From positions 631,952 to 695,951 of the forward strand of contig CALSUF010000002.1 in the NCBI GenBank assembly GCA_943789465.1: a stretch of 64,000 nucleotides of DNA, in the 5' to 3' direction. Shown here one piece after another: positions 28,729 to 36,843 of this stretch. Both the position numbers and the translations under genes were made by a program. Source of the DNA: an uncultured Flavobacteriaceae bacterium. GTDB taxonomy: Bacteria > Bacteroidota > Bacteroidia > Flavobacteriales > Flavobacteriaceae. Under the pieces are notes generated by a model. That model did not search any database and was not told where the DNA came from. It worked only from the letters and a program-made list of their open reading frames with translations. The first letter of the stretch is position 1. Each line of letters begins with the position of its first letter.

Positions 28729-29835
28729 TTGTATTCAATATCTTTTATTCTCAAATATATTACGTTTGTCACCATTGCTGGGGTTGTGGCAATCGGCTAC
28801 TATAGGCGACTCATACTAACATTTAGAATTTTTGGGAAACCAAAAAAAAGAGATTTTCACAAAAATCCTTTGCCAAACTCTGTAGGAATTGTTTTTGCAA
28901 TTTTATTTTTAATTGGATCTTTACCTCTAATCCCATACGTTAAAAACATACAAACTTTTTTAGCTCTATTTATTTGCATCTTTTTTCTGTCATTAATTGG
29001 CTTTTGGGATGATTTAAAAATCATGAACACAAGGAAAAAATTAGTTTATCAAATAATACTGATCATTATTACTGTAATCGCAAATGATCTAGTTTTAAAG
29101 AATCTTCATGGTTTCTTAGGGATTAACGAAGTGCCTAGCCTATTAGGGTTGCTGTTATCCGTGTTTATTGGTGTATTTATGGTAAATGCATTTAACTTGA
29201 TTGATGGCATAGATGGATTGGCAGGTTTTATTAGCATCATTGCCTTCACAAGTTTTGCTATCATCTTTTGGGTACTCGACTACAAATTCTATTTTGGGTT
29301 GTGTTTACTGCTCATCGGTATCATCTTAGCGTATCTGCCCTTTAACTTTAGTAGGAAAAGAAAAGTTTTTATGGGAGATTCCGGTTCGCTTTTTATTGGA
29401 TTCATCATTTTTATAATGACCATGATCGTGGTCACAAACATGGAGCCTATTGATACGAGCTTAATCCATAGGTCAATATTACCCATTGCGCCAATGACCA
29501 TTTTTCTCATTCCAATGGTAGATTCACTTAGCATATATACCTACAGACTATCTTTGGGAGTGAGTCCTTTTGCTCCAGACAGACTTCACATTCATCATTT
29601 AGCATTACGGATAACCAATTCACATTTAATGTCTTCAATAGGAATTAGTTCAATTAATTTATTCCTAATAGCTTTGTTTTCATACTTAGCATTCCAAATG
29701 CACCATACTTGCTTTATTGGACTATTTTTTGGGGTATTCTTTGGTTTAGTGTTTTTTACCATCTATCTCAGAATACGTCTTAAGCGGATTGCGCGTAAAA
29801 AATATCATGAGAGATATCCTTATATTCAAGGCTAA
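28729..29835 (+). CDS. Polyprenyl-phosphate sugar-1-phosphate transferase (MraY/WecA family, GT4 'GPT')
   Basis: MVNAFNLIDGIDGLAGFISII (NAxNxxDGxDGLA motif); 10-11 TM helices. The track start is a TTG adjacent to a T9 run, so the true start is uncertain. Confidence 0.75.
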   Translation: MYSISFILKYITFVTIAGVVAIGYYRRLILTFRIFGKPKKRDFHKNPLPNSVGIVFAILFLIGSLPLIPYVKNIQTFLALFICIFFLSLIGFWDDLKIMNTRKKLVYQIILIIITVIANDLVLKNLHGFLGINEVPSLLGLLLSVFIGVFMVNAFNLIDGIDGLAGFISIIAFTSFAIIFWVLDYKFYFGLCLLLIGIILAYLPFNFSRKRKVFMGDSGSLFIGFIIFIMTMIVVTNMEPIDTSLIHRSILPIAPMTIFLIPMVDSLSIYTYRLSLGVSPFAPDRLHIHHLALRITNSHLMSSIGISSINLFLIALFSYLAFQMHHTCFIGLFFGVFFGLVFFTIYLRIRLKRIARKKYHERYPYIQG

Positions 29836-29863
29836 TCACTTTTTTAAAGTTGTTATTTCCAAA

Positions 29864-29905
29864 TCCTCCCACAAAATAGTTCGACTTCACTCCCCTAAGC
29901 TCCAC
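29864..29905 (+). repeat. Dispersed intergenic box, copy C, followed by the hairpin attcccaagaataat-ttatt-attatccttgggaat (29906..29945)
   Basis: TCCTCCCACAAAATAGTTCGACTTCACTCCCCTAAGCTCCAC, located between convergent genes. Confidence 0.6.
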
Positions 29906-29928
29906 TTTTTATTCCCAAGAATAATTTA

Positions 29929-30552
29929 TTATCCTTGGGAATAATTCAATATTGATATTATTACAAATAATAAAACATAAACAGCTATGACAATAAGGCC
30001 CCATTTTAGATTAGAATTTTTATTTAGATATGTGACCATAATATTGACAGTACTTATACTATTTTCTATACCAAGCTTATTTTTAGCCATATTAGATAAA
30101 TGTAACCAAGCTAAAGATAATTGTAGTTTGTTTTTATTTTCATCATCTTCATCCCAAAAACTCACCTTATTGAGCCTGTAGTTATTTTCTGCAAATTCCT
30201 TAATTTCTATCAAAAGTTTTGGGTTTGTAGGCAAAACAAAATTTGCAACTGCTTTGGCTTGTAATTTATAGACTTGTTGCCTTACATCTTCTTCATGGTC
30301 TTCATCCCATTCCTCAAAATTAGTAGTACCAAATATTTTACCTATTAACCCTTCCTTAGTGTTAGTGTTTTTATTATCAATGCGTGCTTGGATTTCTTTT
30401 CTTACTGTAATTTCAATCTCCCTAAGTTCATCCTCAAAATTGTTTATGGGGTGATTAATATCATTACTTTGAAATAAAGTAATTTCTCGTCCACACCATT
30501 CACAGATGACATCTTGTGCCTTTACTGGGTTTTTACAATGGTTACATTTCAT
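29929..30552 (-). CDS. Zinc-ribbon protein with C-terminal TM anchor (last gene of the SPFH/channel operon)
   Basis: N-terminal CxxC...CxxC (MKCNHCKNPVKAQDVICEWCG). C-terminal TM WGLIVIAVYVLLFVIISIL. Overlaps the upstream channel gene by 11 nt. Confidence 0.6.
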   Translation of the reverse strand: MKCNHCKNPVKAQDVICEWCGREITLFQSNDINHPINNFEDELREIEITVRKEIQARIDNKNTNTKEGLIGKIFGTTNFEEWDEDHEEDVRQQVYKLQAKAVANFVLPTNPKLLIEIKEFAENNYRLNKVSFWDEDDENKNKLQLSLAWLHLSNMAKNKLGIENSISTVNIMVTYLNKNSNLKWGLIVIAVYVLLFVIISILNYSQG

Positions 30553-31345
30553 TCTTAGATCGTTTTAATTCATCAATCTGAATTCTTAATTGATTTAATT
30601 CTTCGTCTTGTTTTGCGGATTTGTCTTTACTATATTCAGAATCATAGTTTTTAACAACTGCCCCAATGATAATATTTAACAGAAAAAATGCAGATAGAAT
30701 TAGCCATGAAACAAAATAGATATTTACAATCCAACTTGATACATCTGAACTTAACAAATCGTATCTAAGATCTGTCCAGTCTTCCCCTGTAGTAACTCTA
30801 AAAAGGGAAAATAGAGCCTCAGAGATATTACCAAAAGGATCAAATGTGTCATTAAATTTATTTGAGACATGAGTTTTACCTTTAAATAATATTACTCCTA
30901 CTAAGGCATAGAAATACATCAAAATAATAAGTAAAGAAATAATTCTAAGAAGAGCAGCAAAAGAATTTTTAACTACTCTTAATATAGCAAGAGTTTCTGG
31001 AAAAACTTTTATGAGTCTTATAATTCTAACCACTCTTACAATTCTAAATATTGTGAGTAAGTCAGAATTTAAAAATAAACTTTCTGGAATTAAAGAAACA
31101 ATTATTAACGTTAAATCAATAATATTCCAAATATTTTTAAAAAAAGAAATAACACTATTTCTAGCTAACCACCTAGCTGAAATTTCAACGATAAAGAGAA
31201 TGATACATGCATCTTGAGTCCATGAAATTAAATCTGATTGATAAGATTGCTCAATTCCAATGAGTATACAATTAACAAGAATAATAAATGCCACTGCAAT
31301 ATTAAAAGCTTGAGAAGCTACTGTTTTTTTAAAAAACAAATTCAT
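30542..31345 (-). CDS. Single-domain (6-TM) voltage-gated cation channel, BacNav/NaChBac-like, with a Ca-channel-type selectivity filter
   Basis: S4 voltage sensor with R/K at every third position (FRIVRVVRIIRLIKV). Pore-helix/filter LFRVTTGEDWTD aligns to NavAb TLESWSM with acidic residues at the positions mutated in the Ca-selective CavAb (TLDDWSD), and resembles eukaryotic Cav domain II (LTGEDWN). C-terminal coiled coil DEELNQLRIQIDELKRSK. 267 aa. Confidence 0.8.
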   Translation of the reverse strand: MNLFFKKTVASQAFNIAVAFIILVNCILIGIEQSYQSDLISWTQDACIILFIVEISARWLARNSVISFFKNIWNIIDLTLIIVSLIPESLFLNSDLLTIFRIVRVVRIIRLIKVFPETLAILRVVKNSFAALLRIISLLIILMYFYALVGVILFKGKTHVSNKFNDTFDPFGNISEALFSLFRVTTGEDWTDLRYDLLSSDVSSWIVNIYFVSWLILSAFFLLNIIIGAVVKNYDSEYSKDKSAKQDEELNQLRIQIDELKRSKNEM

Positions 31346-31346
31346 T

Positions 31347-32654
31347 TTATTCAGTTAGTTTTTTACCACAATTTGAGCAAAACTTTGTACCCGCAGTGTA
31401 TTCATTGCCACATTCACAGATATTTGGAAGAACATATTCACAGGCATGACATATTTTTGCATTTGCATCTAAATCAGTATCACATTTTGGACAAGGGTTA
31501 TAACCATCGCCACAATTTGGACAAAATTTATATTTAGGAGAAAAACCTGTAGCACATTTATCGCAGTTTACTGTTTTTTCAGTAATTTGTTTTGGTAAGG
31601 TTGTAGAATTGGCCTGTGCTGTACCACAGTTTTTACAAAAAGGGCTTGTAGATTGCAGAGCAGTGTTGCACTTACTACAAGGCTTTGAAGGATTGGCCAA
31701 ATTATCAGTATTCATCTGGTTTTGAACCATCCCTCCTACTTGATTTGCCAAAGGCATGGCCATTCCAAGTCCTACAACGGTACCTAAAATACCAGAGCCT
31801 CCAGAGCCGTCGCCACCTTCAGAGCCACCAATATTGGTAGCAGCTGCTTCAGTTGTATCAAAAGTTCGTTCAACTTTATATACATTTAACTGCTCGGCTC
31901 TACGTTTGAGTCGTAGTTTTTCCTCCATATCTTCAGACATAATACGGTGGTAATCCTCTACAATTTTTTTTACGCGCTCATCTTCGTCAACTACAGATAT
32001 TCCTTCAACACTAAAAAAACTAATTTCTAAACCATATTTAGACATAGCAAATTTTACAGCTGGCTGAATACTATTGCTAAGCTCTTTGACCATATATTCA
32101 AGTTCTAAAGGACCTAAGTCTAAATCTTTAGATAGTTTCCAAATTGCGTTTTTGGTTGATTCGGTAATAATTCCTCTAAATAATTTTTGTAATTCTAATT
32201 GATTGAATAGGCTAGATACCCCTACAATTTCAGTTAAAAATTTTCTAGAGTCTACTATCTTTACTGAATAACTTCCTCTACAGGTAATGGGAATTGGAAC
32301 TTTAAAATTTGGTTCAACGATATTAAAAGGCATCAAGCCCCACTTAGCATCCTGTGAAAGCGCCTTGTTTACGTAAAAAACCTCGGCAGTGAAAGGAGTG
32401 TCCCCTCCAAAAGCAAGTCCGATTACATCAGCTAGAAAAGGGATGTTATAGCTTGTAAGTGTGTGGGTTCCAGCTCCAAAAACATCTAATAACTTACCGC
32501 CTTTAAACATGAAGGCATCTTGGCTTTCATTGACCACCAATTGGGTGCCAATTCTTAGTTGATTTTCACGTTTTTGATTTCCATTTTTTGGAGACCATTT
32601 CCAAACAAGCTCATCATTTGGTCCTTCATATTTTAATACATCAATAATAGCCAT
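31347..32654 (-). CDS. SPFH/band-7 domain protein with C-terminal multi zinc-ribbon region (COG4260 / B. subtilis YdjI-like, 'virion core protein' family)
   Basis: N-terminus MAIIDVLKYEGPNDELVWKWSP... is typical of YdjI-like SPFH proteins. Gly-rich linker. At least 5 CxxC pairs in the last 110 aa (CSKCNT...CKNCG, CDKC...CPNCG, CPKC...CHAC, CECG...CSNCG). 1-nt gap to the channel gene (TAAAATG). Confidence 0.7.
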   Translation of the reverse strand: MAIIDVLKYEGPNDELVWKWSPKNGNQKRENQLRIGTQLVVNESQDAFMFKGGKLLDVFGAGTHTLTSYNIPFLADVIGLAFGGDTPFTAEVFYVNKALSQDAKWGLMPFNIVEPNFKVPIPITCRGSYSVKIVDSRKFLTEIVGVSSLFNQLELQKLFRGIITESTKNAIWKLSKDLDLGPLELEYMVKELSNSIQPAVKFAMSKYGLEISFFSVEGISVVDEDERVKKIVEDYHRIMSEDMEEKLRLKRRAEQLNVYKVERTFDTTEAAATNIGGSEGGDGSGGSGILGTVVGLGMAMPLANQVGGMVQNQMNTDNLANPSKPCSKCNTALQSTSPFCKNCGTAQANSTTLPKQITEKTVNCDKCATGFSPKYKFCPNCGDGYNPCPKCDTDLDANAKICHACEYVLPNICECGNEYTAGTKFCSNCGKKLTE

Positions 32655-32658
32655 ACTG

Positions 32659-34584
32659 TTACGATTTTGGTATTGGGATTTTCATACTCCCAGATTTTGT
32701 TATTATGTGTATCTCTTTCAAGTTATCCATACTAACTCTTGTACGAAATCTATAAACCAATTTTTGTGCATCAATTTGTTTAGATTTGGGTTGGATCGGA
32801 TTTATAGAATTTATGTCATTTATAGTAACAAAAGGTTCCAAATTAATGAGCTCTTTTGGTACAGAAAACGTGATATCATTATACACATACCCTTTGTCAA
32901 CAGAGATTTCTGATTTTTCTAACGCAGAAATCAATTCGTTTGGTAAATCTGTTTTTAATTTACTATACTCCTCAGATCGATCTTTTGCTGTTTGAAATTT
33001 AAATCCCTCCTCATCGATCCACGAAACAATATCGTCTGTGATGATGACACCTCTTAGTTTTACAATATCTTCAGGAACTATTTTTTTGTTTCCTAACCAT
33101 TCATAATCTATCTCAAGTGGTTCTTTATAGTCCTTTTCTGAGTACGGTGGAAGACTATTTAATGCATCTGGCACTTTAAAAACTTGATAATTATCTTTGT
33201 AACTGTCAGTAAAATGAATACATAAGAACAAACGAACGTTTTCTATAGTCCGGTTGGAATTGTTAGTCATTTTAACACGTAAAGAATTCTTAGGGTCAAT
33301 TATAGACCCTTCTGAAACCTCAATATCAACAAAAGGACGCTCCACAAACATCTCAGAAAAAACAGTTGGCAAATATTTATTGCAAAAATTTAAATCACCA
33401 GGCAAATAATCTTGAACCACTTGGTTGCCACGTCTAAAAAAGTGACGTTTAATTTCTTCGATTGCTTTTGTGTTGTTCCCAAGATTTCTATGCATGATAG
33501 CTTTTTGAAAGTTTGGACTGAAATTACCAAAACCTTCCATGGTACTCATGTAGGTTTTAACGATGAATTCAGACTCAACAGATCTAAAAATAGAACCTCT
33601 GATTTTAAAAATATTCATTAAATCCAGAAGTGCTTCACTTTGTTTTGGATACAGAATAGAGGCTTCATCAAATAATGTGAATGCGTTTTCTATTTCACCT
33701 TTTTGATATTCTAAAATACCCTTCAAAACAAAAGCAGGTGCTGTAGATGAAGGGAATTTTTCAAAATAAGATGCTAAAATGGTTTCTATTTCTTCAAGTT
33801 TAGTGACTTTTTGTTCGTCATTAGAAATGGTATTATTATTCAATGAAAGCAGGGCAAAACCTTTTAATAATATAGACTCACGATCATTGGGAGATAATTC
33901 TAAGGCAGTATCAGCAAACTCAATCACTTTTTGGTAATTAGAATTGTAAAGTGATATGTAGGCCTGATCTCTTTGAGCACAGAGCTTGTCCCATTGGGTC
34001 ATATATTTAAGAAATATAGGGCTTGAAAACTTAACATATTCCAAATAAGTTTCCTTGACTTTTTTTATCTTTTTTAAAACTTCAATTTCTCTTTCATAAC
34101 GGTCTCCAGCTATACTCATCGCATCGGCACCTGCTTTTGCAAGGTTTAAACTACCTCTAATTATATCTCCTTCATAAATTTGAACCCCTGAATTTACTGC
34201 AACAGCAGTAACACTTCCAAATTCTGAAAATGCAGTCCATACAGATTCACCAACTTCCTTTTCTGCCTCTGCATCATAAAGATTTTCTAACACTGGTAAT
34301 AATTTCTGATAACAACTAATAACATCAGGCGCTACACCAGTCAAATCTTGTTTGTAAAGATATTCTGTATATTCTTGAACGTCTTTTACATTTTTTATCG
34401 CTTCATCTAAAGTGAATATAACCTTAATTGTAGCTTCAAGGTTTAAAGAGTTCTTATTGGTTGTTTTAGAGTTTTCTAATTGTTCATCAAGCTGAGTAAA
34501 TTGTGAATTAGGGGATTTAGTCTCTGAACAGGCTGTAAACAATATGACTAAAAAAAGAATATTAAATTTTTTCATGATTTTCAT
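32659..34584 (-). CDS. Lipoprotein with TPR-like helical repeats (first gene of the SPFH/channel operon)
   Basis: Lipobox LVILFTAC. Helical repeat-rich sequence. 4-nt gap to the downstream SPFH gene. Confidence 0.65.
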   Translation of the reverse strand: MKIMKKFNILFLVILFTACSETKSPNSQFTQLDEQLENSKTTNKNSLNLEATIKVIFTLDEAIKNVKDVQEYTEYLYKQDLTGVAPDVISCYQKLLPVLENLYDAEAEKEVGESVWTAFSEFGSVTAVAVNSGVQIYEGDIIRGSLNLAKAGADAMSIAGDRYEREIEVLKKIKKVKETYLEYVKFSSPIFLKYMTQWDKLCAQRDQAYISLYNSNYQKVIEFADTALELSPNDRESILLKGFALLSLNNNTISNDEQKVTKLEEIETILASYFEKFPSSTAPAFVLKGILEYQKGEIENAFTLFDEASILYPKQSEALLDLMNIFKIRGSIFRSVESEFIVKTYMSTMEGFGNFSPNFQKAIMHRNLGNNTKAIEEIKRHFFRRGNQVVQDYLPGDLNFCNKYLPTVFSEMFVERPFVDIEVSEGSIIDPKNSLRVKMTNNSNRTIENVRLFLCIHFTDSYKDNYQVFKVPDALNSLPPYSEKDYKEPLEIDYEWLGNKKIVPEDIVKLRGVIITDDIVSWIDEEGFKFQTAKDRSEEYSKLKTDLPNELISALEKSEISVDKGYVYNDITFSVPKELINLEPFVTINDINSINPIQPKSKQIDAQKLVYRFRTRVSMDNLKEIHIITKSGSMKIPIPKS

Positions 34585-34625
34585 ATTTATTATTCTATAA
34601 ATTTAAAGCATAATTCAATAAATAT

Positions 34626-35903
34626 ATGTACATATTTTGTACATTTAATTTTATGATTAAAACTTTAAAAACAATTACTCAAAAAAAATTAGGATTTAAA
34701 ATTGAAGACTATAACAGTTCTAGAAGGTTAAGTGAAATTATTTATACAGAAACTGGAATCGAAATCAGTTATAATACGCTGAGACGATTTTTTGGAATTG
34801 TAAAACCTGTTAAACCTAGTAATTACACTCTAAATGCTTTGGCGGTGTTTAATGGTTTTAAGAGTTATACCGATTTTGTGATGAACTTCCACTTGAAAAA
34901 TAGATGGAAGGAAGAGTTTCAAATAGTTTCTCTAATGGATGATCGAAAAAAAAAAATATTAGAATACATCCAAACTAATTTACACTCAAAAAGGGAATTC
35001 GTTCTAAAATTAACGCAAATAATTCGAGAGTTAATGTTGATTAAGGACTATAATTTTTTATTGCAGATATTTAGTTTGGATCAAATGAATTTTAATTATT
35101 TCAATTTTGATGATGTTGCATACATTGGTAACTGCACAGGTCCACTTCTAAAAACATTTGATTTAAAATCTACTGGGACTCATAGGCTTATACTCAATAA
35201 TAACTTTTTAGACATAGTAATAACCATCTTTGTAGACTATAAAAACTTAAATAATTATTATGGAGAATACCTAAGATATATCAACGCCAACTGTGAAAAA
35301 GAAAATATTAGCCAGTTTTGTAAAGGGGTCTTAAATTTAAATATGTACCTCAATAACGAAAATAAAAATCAAATGTTTAAACTAAAATTAAGTTCGAATT
35401 TTCACCCCATACTTAAAAGTAGGGTAATTGCTCAGGAGTTATTTTTTGAGTCTAACAACTTAATTGAAATTCTGAACAACTACGATAAACAGTCACAGGA
35501 GAAGGCCAGAATTAACATAGATTATTATTTTGAAATCATTACTACAGCAATTGTTACAAAAAAATTTGAGGTTATGGCATGGATTTTTAAAAAGTTTGAA
35601 TTCAAAACAAAATATGATAAGTTTTATAAATTTGAACATTATGAACACTTTGGGTTGATGGCTATGGTTTTGTTTAAATACCGTCAAGATGATAAGAACT
35701 TAAACTTATGGATTAAATCCATTTCATTTGATAATTTCTCTAGACCGTATGAAACTTTTATGCTACAATTCGTTTACATTCTCAAATACCACAACTCAAA
35801 AGCAAATAAGGTGTTTTATAAAACTAAGTATATGGAATCAGCCAAATATCTCTACCCAAAGTTTTTTACCGAAGACTACTTGATTAATTATTTTAACGTA
35901 TGA
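34626..35903 (+). CDS. Hypothetical protein with N-terminal AraC-like HTH fragment
   Basis: LSEIIYTETGIEISYNTLRRFFGI resembles one AraC HTH repeat. The rest is unknown. Confidence 0.45.
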   Translation: MYIFCTFNFMIKTLKTITQKKLGFKIEDYNSSRRLSEIIYTETGIEISYNTLRRFFGIVKPVKPSNYTLNALAVFNGFKSYTDFVMNFHLKNRWKEEFQIVSLMDDRKKKILEYIQTNLHSKREFVLKLTQIIRELMLIKDYNFLLQIFSLDQMNFNYFNFDDVAYIGNCTGPLLKTFDLKSTGTHRLILNNNFLDIVITIFVDYKNLNNYYGEYLRYINANCEKENISQFCKGVLNLNMYLNNENKNQMFKLKLSSNFHPILKSRVIAQELFFESNNLIEILNNYDKQSQEKARINIDYYFEIITTAIVTKKFEVMAWIFKKFEFKTKYDKFYKFEHYEHFGLMAMVLFKYRQDDKNLNLWIKSISFDNFSRPYETFMLQFVYILKYHNSKANKVFYKTKYMESAKYLYPKFFTEDYLINYFNV

Positions 35904-36727
35904 TAACTGCTGTTCTTGGAGTATTGTTTTTCGGATTCGCAGATGCACTATGGAGACCTAGTGTTTTGCATCATGGACTTCACAAAGTCTTGTTGCACAG
36001 AACTGTGCTTACCACTTTGATATTGGGTTTATATTTACTTTTAGATATTCAACACTTTAAATTTAATATACCAATGATTGGTGTTGGGATATTAAGTGGA
36101 GTTATTGCGGGATTTGGGCTCTATTTCCTAGCAAAAGCTTTCAGTTTGGAAACAACAACAAATGTGCTTTTTTTAAATATATTTACGCTTTTAATTGCCC
36201 AATTATTCTCTTTTATTTTATTTAAAGAAACAATCCAGTGGAAATACTACCCTATCGAAATAGGTCTTTCTATATTGACAGTATTATGTTTTAACGGTTT
36301 TGACTTTAAACTAAGAAAAGGTCTAATTTATGGGCTTTTAGCCTCTATTTGCTTTGGGATTGCATATCCATTAGCAGGTGTTCCAATCAAAGAAATTGGA
36401 TTTAAAACAACTATATTTATTCAAGAGATAACTGTCTTAACTATATTTTTTTGTTTTGGATATTTCATAAAAAAAACAAAAATTGATTTAAAAATATATT
36501 TAGATATTAAGATTTTAGCATTAAGTGTTTTGTCTGCAATTGCAGTAATTTTATTTTTTTACAGCTACACGGTCATAGAAATATATAAAGTAAATTTAAT
36601 TTCAAACTTTCATCCAGTTGGCGGCATGATTGTTTCAATCATATTATTTGATGAACGTCTAACAAAATATCAAATTTTAGGGGTGGTGAGTTCAATTATT
36701 GTTTGCTTATCAATTTTCGTCAATTAG
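35900..36727 (+). CDS. EamA/DMT-superfamily-like 10-TM membrane transporter (tentative)
   Basis: 10 hydrophobic helices in 275 aa with an internal duplication pattern. ATGA overlap with the upstream gene. Confidence 0.5.
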   Translation: MITAVLGVLFFGFADALWRPSVLHHGLHKVLLHRTVLTTLILGLYLLLDIQHFKFNIPMIGVGILSGVIAGFGLYFLAKAFSLETTTNVLFLNIFTLLIAQLFSFILFKETIQWKYYPIEIGLSILTVLCFNGFDFKLRKGLIYGLLASICFGIAYPLAGVPIKEIGFKTTIFIQEITVLTIFFCFGYFIKKTKIDLKIYLDIKILALSVLSAIAVILFFYSYTVIEIYKVNLISNFHPVGGMIVSIILFDERLTKYQILGVVSSIIVCLSIFVN

Positions 36728-36757
36728 TCTAAATATTAAACATCAATTTTAGACAAA

Positions 36758-36797
36758 TCCTCACTAAAATAGTCCGATTTTACTCCCTTTGGGTCCA
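36758..36797 (+). repeat. Dispersed intergenic box, copy D (TCCTCACTAAAATAGTCCGATTTTACTCCCTTTGGGTCCAAA)
   Basis: Matches the box consensus. Located between convergent genes. Confidence 0.55.
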
Positions 36798-36843
36798 AAT
36801 AATATCTTAAGCAAATTATGTGTTACCTCTTAAAGTATTGTAA

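Noticed and set aside
28721-28731. T9 run at the annotated TTG start of the WecA-like gene as a phase-variation site
   Set aside because: The tract lies upstream of or at an uncertain non-ATG start. Without knowing the true start codon it cannot be placed in coding sequence, and it may simply be promoter-proximal AT-rich DNA.
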